DNA from: Thermodesulfovibrionia bacterium
GTDB lineage: Bacteria > Nitrospirota > Thermodesulfovibrionia > JACRGW01
DNA: 64,000 nt
Direction of reading: 5' to 3'
NCBI GenBank assembly: GCA_919902995.1
Contig: CAKKSD010000017.1
Location: 14,424 to 78,423 of the forward strand
The position numbers and the translations under genes were made by a program. Under the pieces are notes generated by a model, which had not been told where the DNA came from, ran no database searches, and saw only the letters and a list, made by a program, of their open reading frames with translations. Below are positions 38,153 to 47,791 of this stretch, one piece after another. Each line of letters starts with the position of its first letter. Within the stretch, counting starts at the first letter, position 1.

Positions 38153-39166
38153 TCATCTCAGGCCACTGGCTACTTTCTTTATCCCCTCAAGTTTCCTGAG
38201 TGCTGCACCTGAATCTATTGACCTTTCTGCAATCGCAATCCCTTCTTTTAGATCCTTTGCCTTTCCAGAAGCAACAATCGCGGCTGAGGCATTGAGTAAT
38301 ACTATATCCCTCTTAGGACCCTTTTCCCCTTTCAGTATATTTATTGTGATTTCAGCGTTTTCCTTAGATTCACCTCCGAGGAGGTCTTCGATACTTCCAG
38401 TTTTGATTCCGAAATCTGAAGGTTCTATGAAGTAATTCTCGACTTTTCCGCCCTTAAGCTCCGAGACCTTTGTCTTTCCTGTAATTGTGATCTCATCAAG
38501 ACCGTCTTCACCATGTACGACAAAGGCGTGGATACATCCAAGATTACCGAGGACCTTGGCCATTGTCTCTGTAAGGTCAGATGAGTAAACACCGAGTACC
38601 TGGTATTTAGCACCTGCAGGATTTGTTAATGGACCCAGGATATTAAATACAGTCCTTATACCTATTTCCCTTCTCGGTCCCAGGGCATACTTCATCGCTC
38701 CGTGAAAAAAAGGGGCGAAGAGGAAACCGAAGCCGACTTCAATAAGGGATTTCTCAATCTTCTCAGGGGGGAGTTCGATATTCACCCCAAGTGCCTGAAG
38801 GACATCTGCACTGCCTGACTTGCTCGATACAGAACGGTTTCCGTGTTTTGCAACAGGGATACCTGCACCCGATACAATAAAGGCTGCTGTTGTGGATATG
38901 TTAAATGTATGTGCCATATCTCCGCCAGTCCCACATGTATCAACAGTCCCTGCAGGTGCCTTTATTGATAATGCTTTCTCCCTCATCACCTTTGCTGCAC
39001 CTGTGATCTCATCTATTGTCTCTCCTTTTAACCTCAGGGCTGTAAGGAATGCCCCTATCTGGGCATCTGTTGCCTTTCCCTCCATAATCTCCCTCATAGC
39101 CTCTGCCATCTCTGCTTCTGAGAGGTCGATCTTTTCTATAAGGATAGAAATCGCCTCTTTGATCAT
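38153..39166 (-). CDS. trpD: Anthranilate phosphoribosyltransferase
   Basis: 337 aa with DTCGTGGD and KHGNRS motifs. Confidence 0.95.
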   Translation of the reverse strand: MIKEAISILIEKIDLSEAEMAEAMREIMEGKATDAQIGAFLTALRLKGETIDEITGAAKVMREKALSIKAPAGTVDTCGTGGDMAHTFNISTTAAFIVSGAGIPVAKHGNRSVSSKSGSADVLQALGVNIELPPEKIEKSLIEVGFGFLFAPFFHGAMKYALGPRREIGIRTVFNILGPLTNPAGAKYQVLGVYSSDLTETMAKVLGNLGCIHAFVVHGEDGLDEITITGKTKVSELKGGKVENYFIEPSDFGIKTGSIEDLLGGESKENAEITINILKGEKGPKRDIVLLNASAAIVASGKAKDLKEGIAIAERSIDSGAALRKLEGIKKVASGLR

Positions 39167-39732
39167 ACCTTTGGCCTCAGGAAGTTCCTCAATAAATCCT
39201 TACCTACCTTTGTGAGAATCGATTCAGGATGGAACTGAACACCTTCAACGATAAACTCCTTATGCCTTACTCCCATGATCTCACCTTCCTTTGTCTCCGC
39301 AGTGATCTCAAGACAGGAGGGTATAGTCTCCCTTTTAATGATCAAAGAATGGTATCTTGTTGCTTCGAAAGGATTGGGAAGACCAATAAAGATCGTTTTA
39401 CCGTTATGGTATATCATGGAGGTCTTTCCATGCATCAGTCTATCAGCCCTTATCACATCTCCACCGTATGCTGCACCGATAGCCTGATGTCCGAGGCACA
39501 CACCGAGAATAGGTATCCGTCCGGAGAAATTCTTTATCAGGTCGATAGATATCCCTGCCTCTTTCGGTGTACAGGGTCCAGGTGAGATCACAATCCTGTC
39601 AGGATTAAGTATTTCTATTTCTTTAAGGGTTAGCTTATCATTCCTGTATACTCTGAGGTCTTCTCCAAGTTCGCCTAAATACTGGACAAGGTTATAAGTG
39701 AATGAATCGTAATTATCAATCATTAATAACAT
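39163..39732 (-). CDS. trpG: Anthranilate synthase component II (glutamine amidotransferase)
   Basis: 189 aa with GVCLGHQ (catalytic Cys) and HPES motifs. Confidence 0.95.
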   Translation of the reverse strand: MLLMIDNYDSFTYNLVQYLGELGEDLRVYRNDKLTLKEIEILNPDRIVISPGPCTPKEAGISIDLIKNFSGRIPILGVCLGHQAIGAAYGGDVIRADRLMHGKTSMIYHNGKTIFIGLPNPFEATRYHSLIIKRETIPSCLEITAETKEGEIMGVRHKEFIVEGVQFHPESILTKVGKDLLRNFLRPKV

Positions 39733-39744
39733 TTTAACACCTTA

Positions 39745-40764
39745 CTATTTATGATTAAGATGGAAAGTACTATGTCTTCTTATAGTCATTGGAAACAATA
39801 GACTGCATTGTTCTTCTATAATTATCTTGGGTTTTATCTTTTTTATCTTTTTATCCCGCAACTTAATTTCTCTCTTTTCTAATTCAAATGGGTCATGTGG
39901 AATAGTAAAAGCTTCTTTAATTTTATCCCAATCCTTTGATCTTACGGTGGTCACATTATCCAGAAAAATACTAACATAACATCCATTTATCATTGTCGAT
40001 TCTGTTTCTGCTAACTTTCTATTTGTTATTTCGACATACTTAGGGTCAATATCAATACCTATAAACTTCCTTCCTAATCTCTTAGCAGCAATTGCAGTTG
40101 TTCCAGTGCCTATAAATGGGTCAAGGACAATATCTCCTTCATCTGTACTCATAATCAGTAATCTTTCAAGAAGATGCACAGGTAACTGGCATGGATGTTC
40201 ATCTCTTCTTTTTTTGTGTCTTATTCTATGAATATCTGTCCATACATCTGGGATAATAGGACCGAATTTATGCATCTGGTCTTTCTTTCCACCGTAATCT
40301 TTCAAAATATATCCACATGCCCTGCACCGCTTATGCAACATTCTTATATCATGAAATTTATAATCTTTATCTGACTTCACATAATAAAGCACTCCATAAT
40401 GATTTGGCAAGAGTGTCTTTCCCAGAGGTGAACCCATTGCATCCCATGCTATCCAATGCCGGAATATAGCAACTTCATTAAGGTAAGATCCAAAATAAAT
40501 TAACCACTTTGGGATATTATGAACAAAGATTGTCCCTGTTGGCTTAGTGATGCGAACCATTTCGTAAAGCCACTCTTTGCACCATGAAAGATATTTCTCA
40601 ACCTCATGTTTATCATAGTAGCTGTTGTATTTCTTTTTTAGATTAAACGGTGGGTCAGCAAATGTAACATCCACACTGCCATCAGGGATTTTTCTCATAA
40701 TCTCCAGACAATTTCCTATCGCAACCTTGTTTATTAAACTATCAAAATATTTTCTATTTTGCAT
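39745..40764 (-). CDS. Beta-class DNA methyltransferase (N6-adenine or N4-cytosine)
   Basis: Motif IV FADPPFN is N-terminal and motif I LDPFIGTGTT is C-terminal (the N6_N4_Mtase layout). The ATG at 40764 overlaps the stop of the upstream ORF by 11 nt. Confidence 0.85.
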   Translation of the reverse strand: MQNRKYFDSLINKVAIGNCLEIMRKIPDGSVDVTFADPPFNLKKKYNSYYDKHEVEKYLSWCKEWLYEMVRITKPTGTIFVHNIPKWLIYFGSYLNEVAIFRHWIAWDAMGSPLGKTLLPNHYGVLYYVKSDKDYKFHDIRMLHKRCRACGYILKDYGGKKDQMHKFGPIIPDVWTDIHRIRHKKRRDEHPCQLPVHLLERLLIMSTDEGDIVLDPFIGTGTTAIAAKRLGRKFIGIDIDPKYVEITNRKLAETESTMINGCYVSIFLDNVTTVRSKDWDKIKEAFTIPHDPFELEKREIKLRDKKIKKIKPKIIIEEQCSLLFPMTIRRHSTFHLNHK

Positions 40765-41728
40765 GGAAAGTCTCCGATAAGAGATTCTTAAACCTTTCAA
40801 GTTCATCCTTGCCAAATGTAAAAACCAAATCATAAGCTTCTACCATCCGCTTTAAATCGCCCCTTCTTACATACCATCCAATTCCATCAACAAAACCGAC
40901 AAAAACTACATTTGGATAATTTTTCTTCAAATAATCAGCTACCGTCTTTTCTGTCTTTGCCTTATCCCCCATTCCCGAGGCAGTAGTTACCGAATACGAA
41001 CATTCAATTATTATCTTTGGCGATGTCTTATTGGGGATTATGAAATCCATTGTTCTTGGGATATTGCCTGCTTTTGGAATTCTGAATTTGCCTTTCTCAA
41101 AGCCTAACTTATAATCTGTCAGGATTTGTTCGATGACAACCTCAGGATTTCCTCCTTTAGCAGCCTTATATGAACCTTTTGTCTTATATCTTATTATGGT
41201 ATCCACCAGAGACTCAACAGAGAATCTAAACTTATTTATATCAAGTTTCTTAAACTCAAAAAGTGGAAGAACCCTTTTTATTACTGGAACTGTAGGTCCC
41301 TTAAAAAACAGATTTACAATGCCTTCGGCAAACTTTTTATTTGCTTTAATAATATATTTTATCTTATCTAAACCCCATTCAGTCTTAAAATCCTCAGTAG
41401 GCCATGAATCCTTATTAACAAGGCTTGATAAGGTTTTGTCTTCTGTAGCCCTAATAAATGTTACCAGCCTCTGTAAGCTTTCCTTTGAAAAACCAGTTAC
41501 AGTCAAAATGGCATCAAGTCCATTTTCAACCTCTGTAATATGTTCAAATAAAATAGTCTCTTTTAACCCTTCTCTTTCTATTCTATTTCTTAGAAGAAAA
41601 ATATTCTGTGCAACCGAAGAGATATGCCCCTCATAATATTCTTCAAACTCTTCATTGTAGAAATAAAAGGTGTTCTTAGATATTACAGTATTAAATTTTT
41701 CATCTAATGATGGGTAACGTTTCGTCAT
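40754..41728 (-). CDS. Candidate type II restriction endonuclease (DpnII/MboI-like, tentative)
   Basis: 324 aa lying between two methyltransferase genes. The C-terminal segment is MDFIIPN-x8-IIIECSYS...GDKAKTE...VDGIGWY (PD-(D/E)xK-like). The resemblance to the DpnII family is recalled from memory and not verified. Confidence 0.5.
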   Translation of the reverse strand: MTKRYPSLDEKFNTVISKNTFYFYNEEFEEYYEGHISSVAQNIFLLRNRIEREGLKETILFEHITEVENGLDAILTVTGFSKESLQRLVTFIRATEDKTLSSLVNKDSWPTEDFKTEWGLDKIKYIIKANKKFAEGIVNLFFKGPTVPVIKRVLPLFEFKKLDINKFRFSVESLVDTIIRYKTKGSYKAAKGGNPEVVIEQILTDYKLGFEKGKFRIPKAGNIPRTMDFIIPNKTSPKIIIECSYSVTTASGMGDKAKTEKTVADYLKKNYPNVVFVGFVDGIGWYVRRGDLKRMVEAYDLVFTFGKDELERFKNLLSETFHAK

Positions 41729-42996
41729 TTCGTTTTCCTCAAAAACAATATATATTCATCCTTCATCGTATTTTGTATTCCTTTAATTGGTTTTACAATT
41801 TTTTGGTCAAGTGCAAATCCGTGTTTCAATGCCATTTCTTCAACTTTGGTTTCCAGCCTTATTCCGCCTGTCTGAACATCATTTGAGCCGATTATAATCA
41901 CTGCGTATTTACCAGCTTTTAAAACCCGTGCCATTTCTGATAAGACTCTGTCCATATCCTGAAAGTAATTGGCGAGTTTCTCTTTTTTGGTTTTCCCTTT
42001 TAAACCGATCATTTCGTCTTTAAGTTCATGCACATTATACCCTAAATATTCTAATTGGGGTCTATCATTTTCAGCGTAATCAATTGCAAATGAATAGGGC
42101 GGTGAGGTGATAATAGCATCTACTGAGTTGTCTTCTAAAGGAATATTTTTGGCATCACCAACTTTAAACTCTGCCTTTCCAAGATTCAGATTAAGTTTTT
42201 CTCTAGCCTGAATAAATGAATTTATCTGCCCCACATATCTTTTGAGCACTGACGGAAAAAGCACATCTATACTTTTTGCGCATCTCCTCGCATAGCCCAT
42301 AGCATCTAAGAAGGCAAGGAGGGTTATTGCTTTCTCTGTTTCGTAACTGCCATTATAAGAGAAGGTGCGAGGTAATCTATCACTTTTTATTAAAGTCTTA
42401 TAATTTTTCTGCATGTTGCCTGATACTAAAGCTAATAGAGAACAATCAACCTTTAATGCTTCATATTTGACTTTGCTCATTAAGGCGCAAAATGGACTTT
42501 TTTCAATTCCGATGGAATCAATTCCAATAATACTTGCTTCTACATTTAAAGTACCGCTCCCGCACATGGGGTCAAGAACGACCTCTCCAGATTTAACACC
42601 CAATATATTCAGCAGGCCCTTAATAAGTTGTGGATGAAATTTCCCTCTATATGGGAAAAGCCCATGTGTAGCGTAACCTGTGGAAAAATTACCTTCTCTA
42701 AAATATGATTTTGTTATTTCTGATCGCCCTTCCCAGATTAGCGGGCTGTTATTAGAGCATATAATGTAATGCTGTGCGGGTATTCCATCTACACTTTTAA
42801 AAAATGCCCCTCTATCAATGATTTCATATTTGGCAAGAAACTTATATTCATAAAATGCTAATTCTAATTCGAAAAGTTCAGAAGTATTTGGTAGTAGTTC
42901 ATACTCAGATGGCAATAGAAATGTAGTTATTTTCGGTAAGTTTTTTATTTGGGTAATATGTTGTTTTTGGTCAAAAACCTCTTTTATCACTGCCAT
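41725..42996 (-). CDS. DNA methyltransferase with motif I before motif IV (SPPY type)
   Basis: VLDPMCGSGT (motif I) is followed about 150 aa later by AIITSPPYSFAIDY (motif IV). It overlaps the downstream ORF by 4 nt. Confidence 0.75.
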   Translation of the reverse strand: MAVIKEVFDQKQHITQIKNLPKITTFLLPSEYELLPNTSELFELELAFYEYKFLAKYEIIDRGAFFKSVDGIPAQHYIICSNNSPLIWEGRSEITKSYFREGNFSTGYATHGLFPYRGKFHPQLIKGLLNILGVKSGEVVLDPMCGSGTLNVEASIIGIDSIGIEKSPFCALMSKVKYEALKVDCSLLALVSGNMQKNYKTLIKSDRLPRTFSYNGSYETEKAITLLAFLDAMGYARRCAKSIDVLFPSVLKRYVGQINSFIQAREKLNLNLGKAEFKVGDAKNIPLEDNSVDAIITSPPYSFAIDYAENDRPQLEYLGYNVHELKDEMIGLKGKTKKEKLANYFQDMDRVLSEMARVLKAGKYAVIIIGSNDVQTGGIRLETKVEEMALKHGFALDQKIVKPIKGIQNTMKDEYILFLRKTK

Positions 42997-43023
42997 ACTA
43001 TCTAAACCTGTTATCCTCTTAAT

Positions 43024-44598
43024 TCAGTTTAATCCTTCCTCTGCCATCTCTATTGCTTTTAACATTCCCTTTGCCTTATTCACAGTCTCATAATATTCCC
43101 TCTCAGGCACAGAATCTGCCACTATGCCTGCACCTGCCTGAATATAGGCCTTGCTGTCCTTTACTATTATTGTCCTTATCGTAATGCAGGTGTCCATATT
43201 GCCTGAGAAACTAAAATATCCAACAGCCCCTGCATAGGGTCCCCTTCTTGTAGGTTCGAGTTCTTCGATAATCTCCATTGCCCTTATCTTTGGAGCACCT
43301 GATACGGTTCCTGCTGGGAAACATGCCCTCAGTACATCATAGGAATCTTTGCCTTCAGCAAGTATTCCTTCGACATCAGAGACGATATGCATGACATGGG
43401 AGTACCTTTCTACAACCATGAGTTCCTTCATCCTGACCGAACCGATCTCTGATACCCTGCCGAGGTCGTTCCTTCCGAGGTCAACAAGCATTATATGCTC
43501 TGCCATTTCCTTAGGGTCCTTCAGAAGTTCTTCCTCCAGGACTTTATCTTCTTCCTCTGTAGATCCCCTCGTTCTTGTTCCGGCTATTGGTCTTTCTTCT
43601 AATACCTTTCCCTCTAATCTTACAAGAATCTCAGGAGAAGAGCCTATCATCGAAGTATTACCGAATCTGAGAAAATACATATAGGGAGAAGGGTTTATAA
43701 CCCTCAGAGCCCTGTAAATCTCAAAGGATGAAAAAGTTATTTCTTTTTCGAATCTCTGAGAAAGTACAACCTGTATTATATCACCAGAGGCTATATATTC
43801 CTTTGCACGTTTCACCATATTCTCGAAGTCTTCTTTTGTGAGATTAGACTCAATTTCTACCACAGGATCCATGATGCCTGATCCATGATGACTGATGTTT
43901 GTATCCTGCATCGTGTATCGGGCATCTTGCATCTTGCCCCTTGAACCCTTGACCCCTTGAATCCTGTTCGTTTTAAGTCTTTCTATAATATTTACGATCT
44001 TTTCCTTTGCATCTTCGTATGCCTTTTCTATAACTTGTCCTGAACTTGATTCGGGATCTCCATCATGAATATGAGCATTCGATACAACCTTTATCTTCTG
44101 TGCAAGGCTATCAAAGATAAGGAGGGTATCTGTTACCATAAAAAGAAGATCTGGAAGTCCGAGATCTTCCCTGCCGGAGTCGGGGATCTTCTCAAAAAAA
44201 CGGACTACATCATATCCGAGGTAACCTACAGCACCTCCAAAGAACCTCGGTAACCCGGCGATATTGACAGGTCTGTACCGTTCCATCTCCTTTTTTATTA
44301 CTTCTAATGGGTCCTTATTAAAAGGAAAAGTCTCTTTCTTTCCATCCCTTGTAATCTCTATATTATCCCCTTTTCCTTTTATGACTACTGAAGGGTTACT
44401 TCCAAGAAAGGAGTATCGTGCCCATTTTTCACCTCCCACAACGCTCTCAAGTAGATATGAATACTTGCCATCGTCTATCTTGAGGAAGGCAGAGACAGGG
44501 GTCTCCATATCGGCAAGGATTTCCTTATAAACAGGGATCAGATTCCCTTCCCTTGCCTTCTCTTTAAAGTCTTCTAAACTCGGAAAAAACATAGTCAT
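43024..44598 (-). CDS. trpE: Anthranilate synthase component I
   Basis: 524 aa with [24 protein letters not shown] and GAGIVADS motifs. Confidence 0.95.
   Translation of the reverse strand: MTMFFPSLEDFKEKAREGNLIPVYKEILADMETPVSAFLKIDDGKYSYLLESVVGGEKWARYSFLGSNPSVVIKGKGDNIEITRDGKKETFPFNKDPLEVIKKEMERYRPVNIAGLPRFFGGAVGYLGYDVVRFFEKIPDSGREDLGLPDLLFMVTDTLLIFDSLAQKIKVVSNAHIHDGDPESSSGQVIEKAYEDAKEKIVNIIERLKTNRIQGVKGSRGKMQDARYTMQDTNISHHGSGIMDPVVEIESNLTKEDFENMVKRAKEYIASGDIIQVVLSQRFEKEITFSSFEIYRALRVINPSPYMYFLRFGNTSMIGSSPEILVRLEGKVLEERPIAGTRTRGSTEEEDKVLEEELLKDPKEMAEHIMLVDLGRNDLGRVSEIGSVRMKELMVVERYSHVMHIVSDVEGILAEGKDSYDVLRACFPAGTVSGAPKIRAMEIIEELEPTRRGPYAGAVGYFSFSGNMDTCITIRTIIVKDSKAYIQAGAGIVADSVPEREYYETVNKAKGMLKAIEMAEEGLN
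43866..43966. repeat. Period-7 stutter repeat inserted in frame in the trpE inter-domain linker
   Basis: ...tgtatcc tgcatcg tgtatcg ggcatct tgcatct tgcccct tgaaccct tgacccct tgaatcc. It encodes [31 protein letters not shown]. Confidence 0.75.
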
Positions 44599-44635
44599 TT
44601 ATACCATATCCTTAGGTGTTAATCAAATCTAAAGT

Positions 44636-44696
44636 CCCCCTAACTCATCTTCCCAGAGGGTCTATGACTCGTAGAGGAGAGGATTAAGGTGAGGGG
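44636..44696. repeat. Hairpin repeat module in the ubiX-trpE spacer
   Basis: cccctaactcatc...ctatgactcgtagag...ggtgagggg. The core ctaYgactcgtagag is shared with 15099..15113. Confidence 0.6.
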
Positions 44697-44715
44697 ATGG
44701 ATTAAGAAGAATCTT

Positions 44716-45315
44716 TCAAGCCTTCCAGCGTCTATATAAGGAATTTTCGATATTCAGAGAATCGAGAACCTTTCCGACGATAAAGTCAACTAAATCCCCG
44801 ATCTTTTTTGGATGGTTATAAAAGGCGGGCATGGCAGGGATAATCATTACTCCTATTTGCGAAAGGCTGAGCATATTCCTTAGGTGAATGGTATTTAATG
44901 GGGTCTCTCTCGGTACAAGGATAAGTGTCCGACCTTCTTTTATCATCACATCAGCAGACCTTTCAACGAGGTTATTCGCATAACCCTGCGCGATGCCTGA
45001 AAGTGTTTTCATTGAGCAGGGAATTACAACCATAGCATCAACCTTTTGAGAGCCACTCGATACAGGGGCAAAGAGGTTTTCCTCATTAAAGAATGAAAGT
45101 TTACCTCTCTCTATCCTAAGGTCTTTCTTTATCCTCTTCTCTATAGTCTTTTCAGAGCCCCTCCAGTCATAGCCAACTTCTTCCTTCATGATAAGGGCGC
45201 CTTCTTTAGTTATAGTAAGATATACCTTATGTCCCTTCTTAAGGAGATATTCGAGGAGTTTAACACCATAGATACTCCCGCTTGCACCTGTTATCGCTAT
45301 TGTGTAGATGCCCAT
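44716..45315 (-). CDS. ubiX: Flavin prenyltransferase UbiX
   Basis: 199 aa: ITGASGSIYG ... PCSMKTLSGIA. Confidence 0.92.
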   Translation of the reverse strand: MGIYTIAITGASGSIYGVKLLEYLLKKGHKVYLTITKEGALIMKEEVGYDWRGSEKTIEKRIKKDLRIERGKLSFFNEENLFAPVSSGSQKVDAMVVIPCSMKTLSGIAQGYANNLVERSADVMIKEGRTLILVPRETPLNTIHLRNMLSLSQIGVMIIPAMPAFYNHPKKIGDLVDFIVGKVLDSLNIENSLYRRWKA

Positions 45316-45325
45316 AGTCTTAACC

Positions 45326-45417
45326 GAATGATTTTTAAATCATTCCTGTCATTCCCGCGGAAGCGGGAATCCAGAAAGTATCAAGAAATACTGGACTCCT
45401 GCTTCCGCAGGAGTGAC
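45326..45417. repeat. Family B hairpin modules
   Basis: gaatgatttttaaatcattc, gtcattcccgcggaagcgggaatccag and ctggactcctgcttccgcaggagtgac. Confidence 0.8.
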
Positions 45418-45453
45418 AATATTATACATGTTATTTCTAATACAGAATCATGA

Positions 45454-46353
45454 TTAAATTATGAGATCTGCCAAAGTTGCCAGAAAAACCACAACACTAA
45501 TATACCCGTTCATATTGAAGAAGGCTATATCAAGTTTTGTGAGGTCGTTCTCCTTCACAAGGGAATGCTCCCTTATAAACAGGCCTGTAATTGCTGCTAA
45601 CCCTATCAGGTAAATATAACCTAAATTTAATAAAGGATAGAGGGAAAAGAGCAAGAGTACTGTAATAAGATGGGAGAACCTCGATATATAGAGAGATTTC
45701 TTTATGCCGAGCTTTTGAGGAATAGATTTTAGGCCTGTTTTTCTATCAAAGTCTATATCCTCAAGGGCATAGAGTATATCAAAACCTATAAGCCAGAAGA
45801 CAACAGCACTACCAAGTAAGAGTGCCGGTAATTCTATAACACCTTTAACCCCGACCCATGCTCCGATAGGTGCGAGGCTTAAGGAAAGGCCGAGGAAAAA
45901 ATGTGAGAGGATTGTGAACCTCTTTGTGTATGAATAGAAAAAGACTATGAAGAGGGCGAGAGGCGAGAGTTTAAAGGCAAGGGGATTTAACCTCGAGGTG
46001 GCAAATATAAATATGGTGCCTGTGAGGATTATGAATATCATCACCTGAAGAGGCGTGAGAATTCCCTTTGGGAGTGCTCTGTCCTTAGTCCTCGGGTTAA
46101 GGGCATCGAACCTCCAGTCAGCAAGCCTGTTAAAACTCATTGCGGCAGATCTCGCCCCAACCATCGCAACTGTTATCCAGAAAATTTTATCCAATGAAGG
46201 GATCTTCTTTTCTGCAAGGATAGCACCTATAAAGGCGAAAGGCAGGGCAAAGACGGTGTGGGGGAATTTTATCATCTCGATGACGATTCTGATTTTTTCG
46301 ATAATCTTTCTCAAGTTTAAACCCTCTGGAAAGGAGATATCATTCAAAGCCAT
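45454..46353 (-). CDS. ubiA: UbiA-family aromatic prenyltransferase (MqnP/4-hydroxybenzoate polyprenyltransferase-like)
   Basis: 299 aa, polytopic, with an NRLADWRFD Asp-rich motif. Confidence 0.88.
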   Translation of the reverse strand: MALNDISFPEGLNLRKIIEKIRIVIEMIKFPHTVFALPFAFIGAILAEKKIPSLDKIFWITVAMVGARSAAMSFNRLADWRFDALNPRTKDRALPKGILTPLQVMIFIILTGTIFIFATSRLNPLAFKLSPLALFIVFFYSYTKRFTILSHFFLGLSLSLAPIGAWVGVKGVIELPALLLGSAVVFWLIGFDILYALEDIDFDRKTGLKSIPQKLGIKKSLYISRFSHLITVLLLFSLYPLLNLGYIYLIGLAAITGLFIREHSLVKENDLTKLDIAFFNMNGYISVVVFLATLADLII

Positions 46354-47791
46354 ACTCCTTCCATCTTTTATCTACAAGCCTCTTTATTTCTTCGGACATA
46401 AATAGCTCATCGGGCCATTCCCTCATCATTCCCTCTTCTCTTGCTTTCCTCGTAGCATCAATCCCCATTTTTGAGCCGTATCTCGGCCAGCTTGCTGCAT
46501 GGTCAAGGTCATCAAGCGGACCCTCAGCAATAACAACATCCCTTTTCCAATCCACATTATTCAAAACACGCCATGCTGTATAGGAGATATTCTGAACATC
46601 AACATCATCATCCACAACTATTATCAATTTCGAAAACATCATCTGTCCCTTTCCCCAGAGGCCGTGGATTATCTTCTTTGCATGCCCGGGGTAACTCTTC
46701 TTTATTGAGATCAATGCAGCATTATGGAATACACCCTCCATCGGGAGATTGATGTCTTTTATCTCAGGGAAATCGATTCTCAGGAGAGGCAAGAATATCC
46801 TTTCTGTTGCCTTCCCCATATAACAGTCTTCCATTGGAGGCTTTCCGACAATGGTTGCCGGGTATATCATATCCTTTCTATGTGTTATACAGGTTACATG
46901 AAACACAGGATAATAATCCGCTGCTGAATAAAACCCTGTATGGTCTCCGAATGGGCCTTCAAGACGCATCTCACCTGGCTCGAGATAGCCCTCTATCACA
47001 AGCTCGCTGTTTGCAGGAACTTCGATATCTGATGTAATGCACTTAACCATCTCCACAGGATCTTTACGCAGAAAACCCGCAAAGAGCATCTCATCAAAAG
47101 ACTCAGGGAGTGGCGCAGATGAAGAATATATAACGGCAGGGTCGCTTCCGATTGCAATGGCAGCAGGCATTCTTTTGTTGAGAGCTTTATATTTGTCATA
47201 ATGCCTTGCCCCGCCTTTATGGATATGCCAGTGCATGCCGGTAGTGGTCTTATCATATATCTGGATCCTGTACATACCACAGTTCTGTATACCTGCGTCA
47301 GGATCTTTTGTGAAGACCATAGGTAAAGTGATAAACCTACCTCCGTCAACGGGCCAGCATTTTATAATAGGGAATCTGCTTAAATCTGGATTTTCTTTTT
47401 CGATAACCTCCTGGCAAGGTGCATGTTTAACTATCTTTGGAAGGCATTTTGAAAGTTCAAAAAGTTGTGGAATCATTGAGAGTTTTTCCATTAATGTCTT
47501 TGGAGGTGACTGGTTAAGTAAGTCTTCTATTCGTTTTGCAACATCATCAATCTTCTCAACTTCGAGGGCAAGGCACATCCTCTCGAAAGAGCCGAAAAGA
47601 TTTGTGACAACAGGATACTGTGAACCTATTACCTTTTCAAAAAAGAGTGTCTTTCCCCCATTCGGGCTTTTACACATCCTGTCTGTAATTTCTGTAATCT
47701 CAAAGATCGGGTCTACTTCGACCCTGATCCTTTTCAGGAGTCCCTTCTTTTCCAATAAACTGATAAAATCCCTGAGGTCTTTATATGCCAC
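46340..47791 (-). CDS. ubiD: UbiD-family decarboxylase (menaquinone/ubiquinone biosynthesis type)
   Basis: 483 aa with an N-terminal YKDLRDFISLLEKKG and UbiD-like length. Confidence 0.9.
   Translation of the reverse strand: MAYKDLRDFISLLEKKGLLKRIRVEVDPIFEITEITDRMCKSPNGGKTLFFEKVIGSQYPVVTNLFGSFERMCLALEVEKIDDVAKRIEDLLNQSPPKTLMEKLSMIPQLFELSKCLPKIVKHAPCQEVIEKENPDLSRFPIIKCWPVDGGRFITLPMVFTKDPDAGIQNCGMYRIQIYDKTTTGMHWHIHKGGARHYDKYKALNKRMPAAIAIGSDPAVIYSSSAPLPESFDEMLFAGFLRKDPVEMVKCITSDIEVPANSELVIEGYLEPGEMRLEGPFGDHTGFYSAADYYPVFHVTCITHRKDMIYPATIVGKPPMEDCYMGKATERIFLPLLRIDFPEIKDINLPMEGVFHNAALISIKKSYPGHAKKIIHGLWGKGQMMFSKLIIVVDDDVDVQNISYTAWRVLNNVDWKRDVVIAEGPLDDLDHAASWPRYGSKMGIDATRKAREEGMMREWPDELFMSEEIKRLVDKRWKEYGFE

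Noticed and set aside
44599-44715. trp leader peptide / attenuator or T-box upstream of trpE
   Set aside because: No small ORF with tandem Trp codons is present, and no T-box-like specifier or terminator architecture was seen. The 117-nt gap is mostly a dispersed repeat module shared with 15099..15113.
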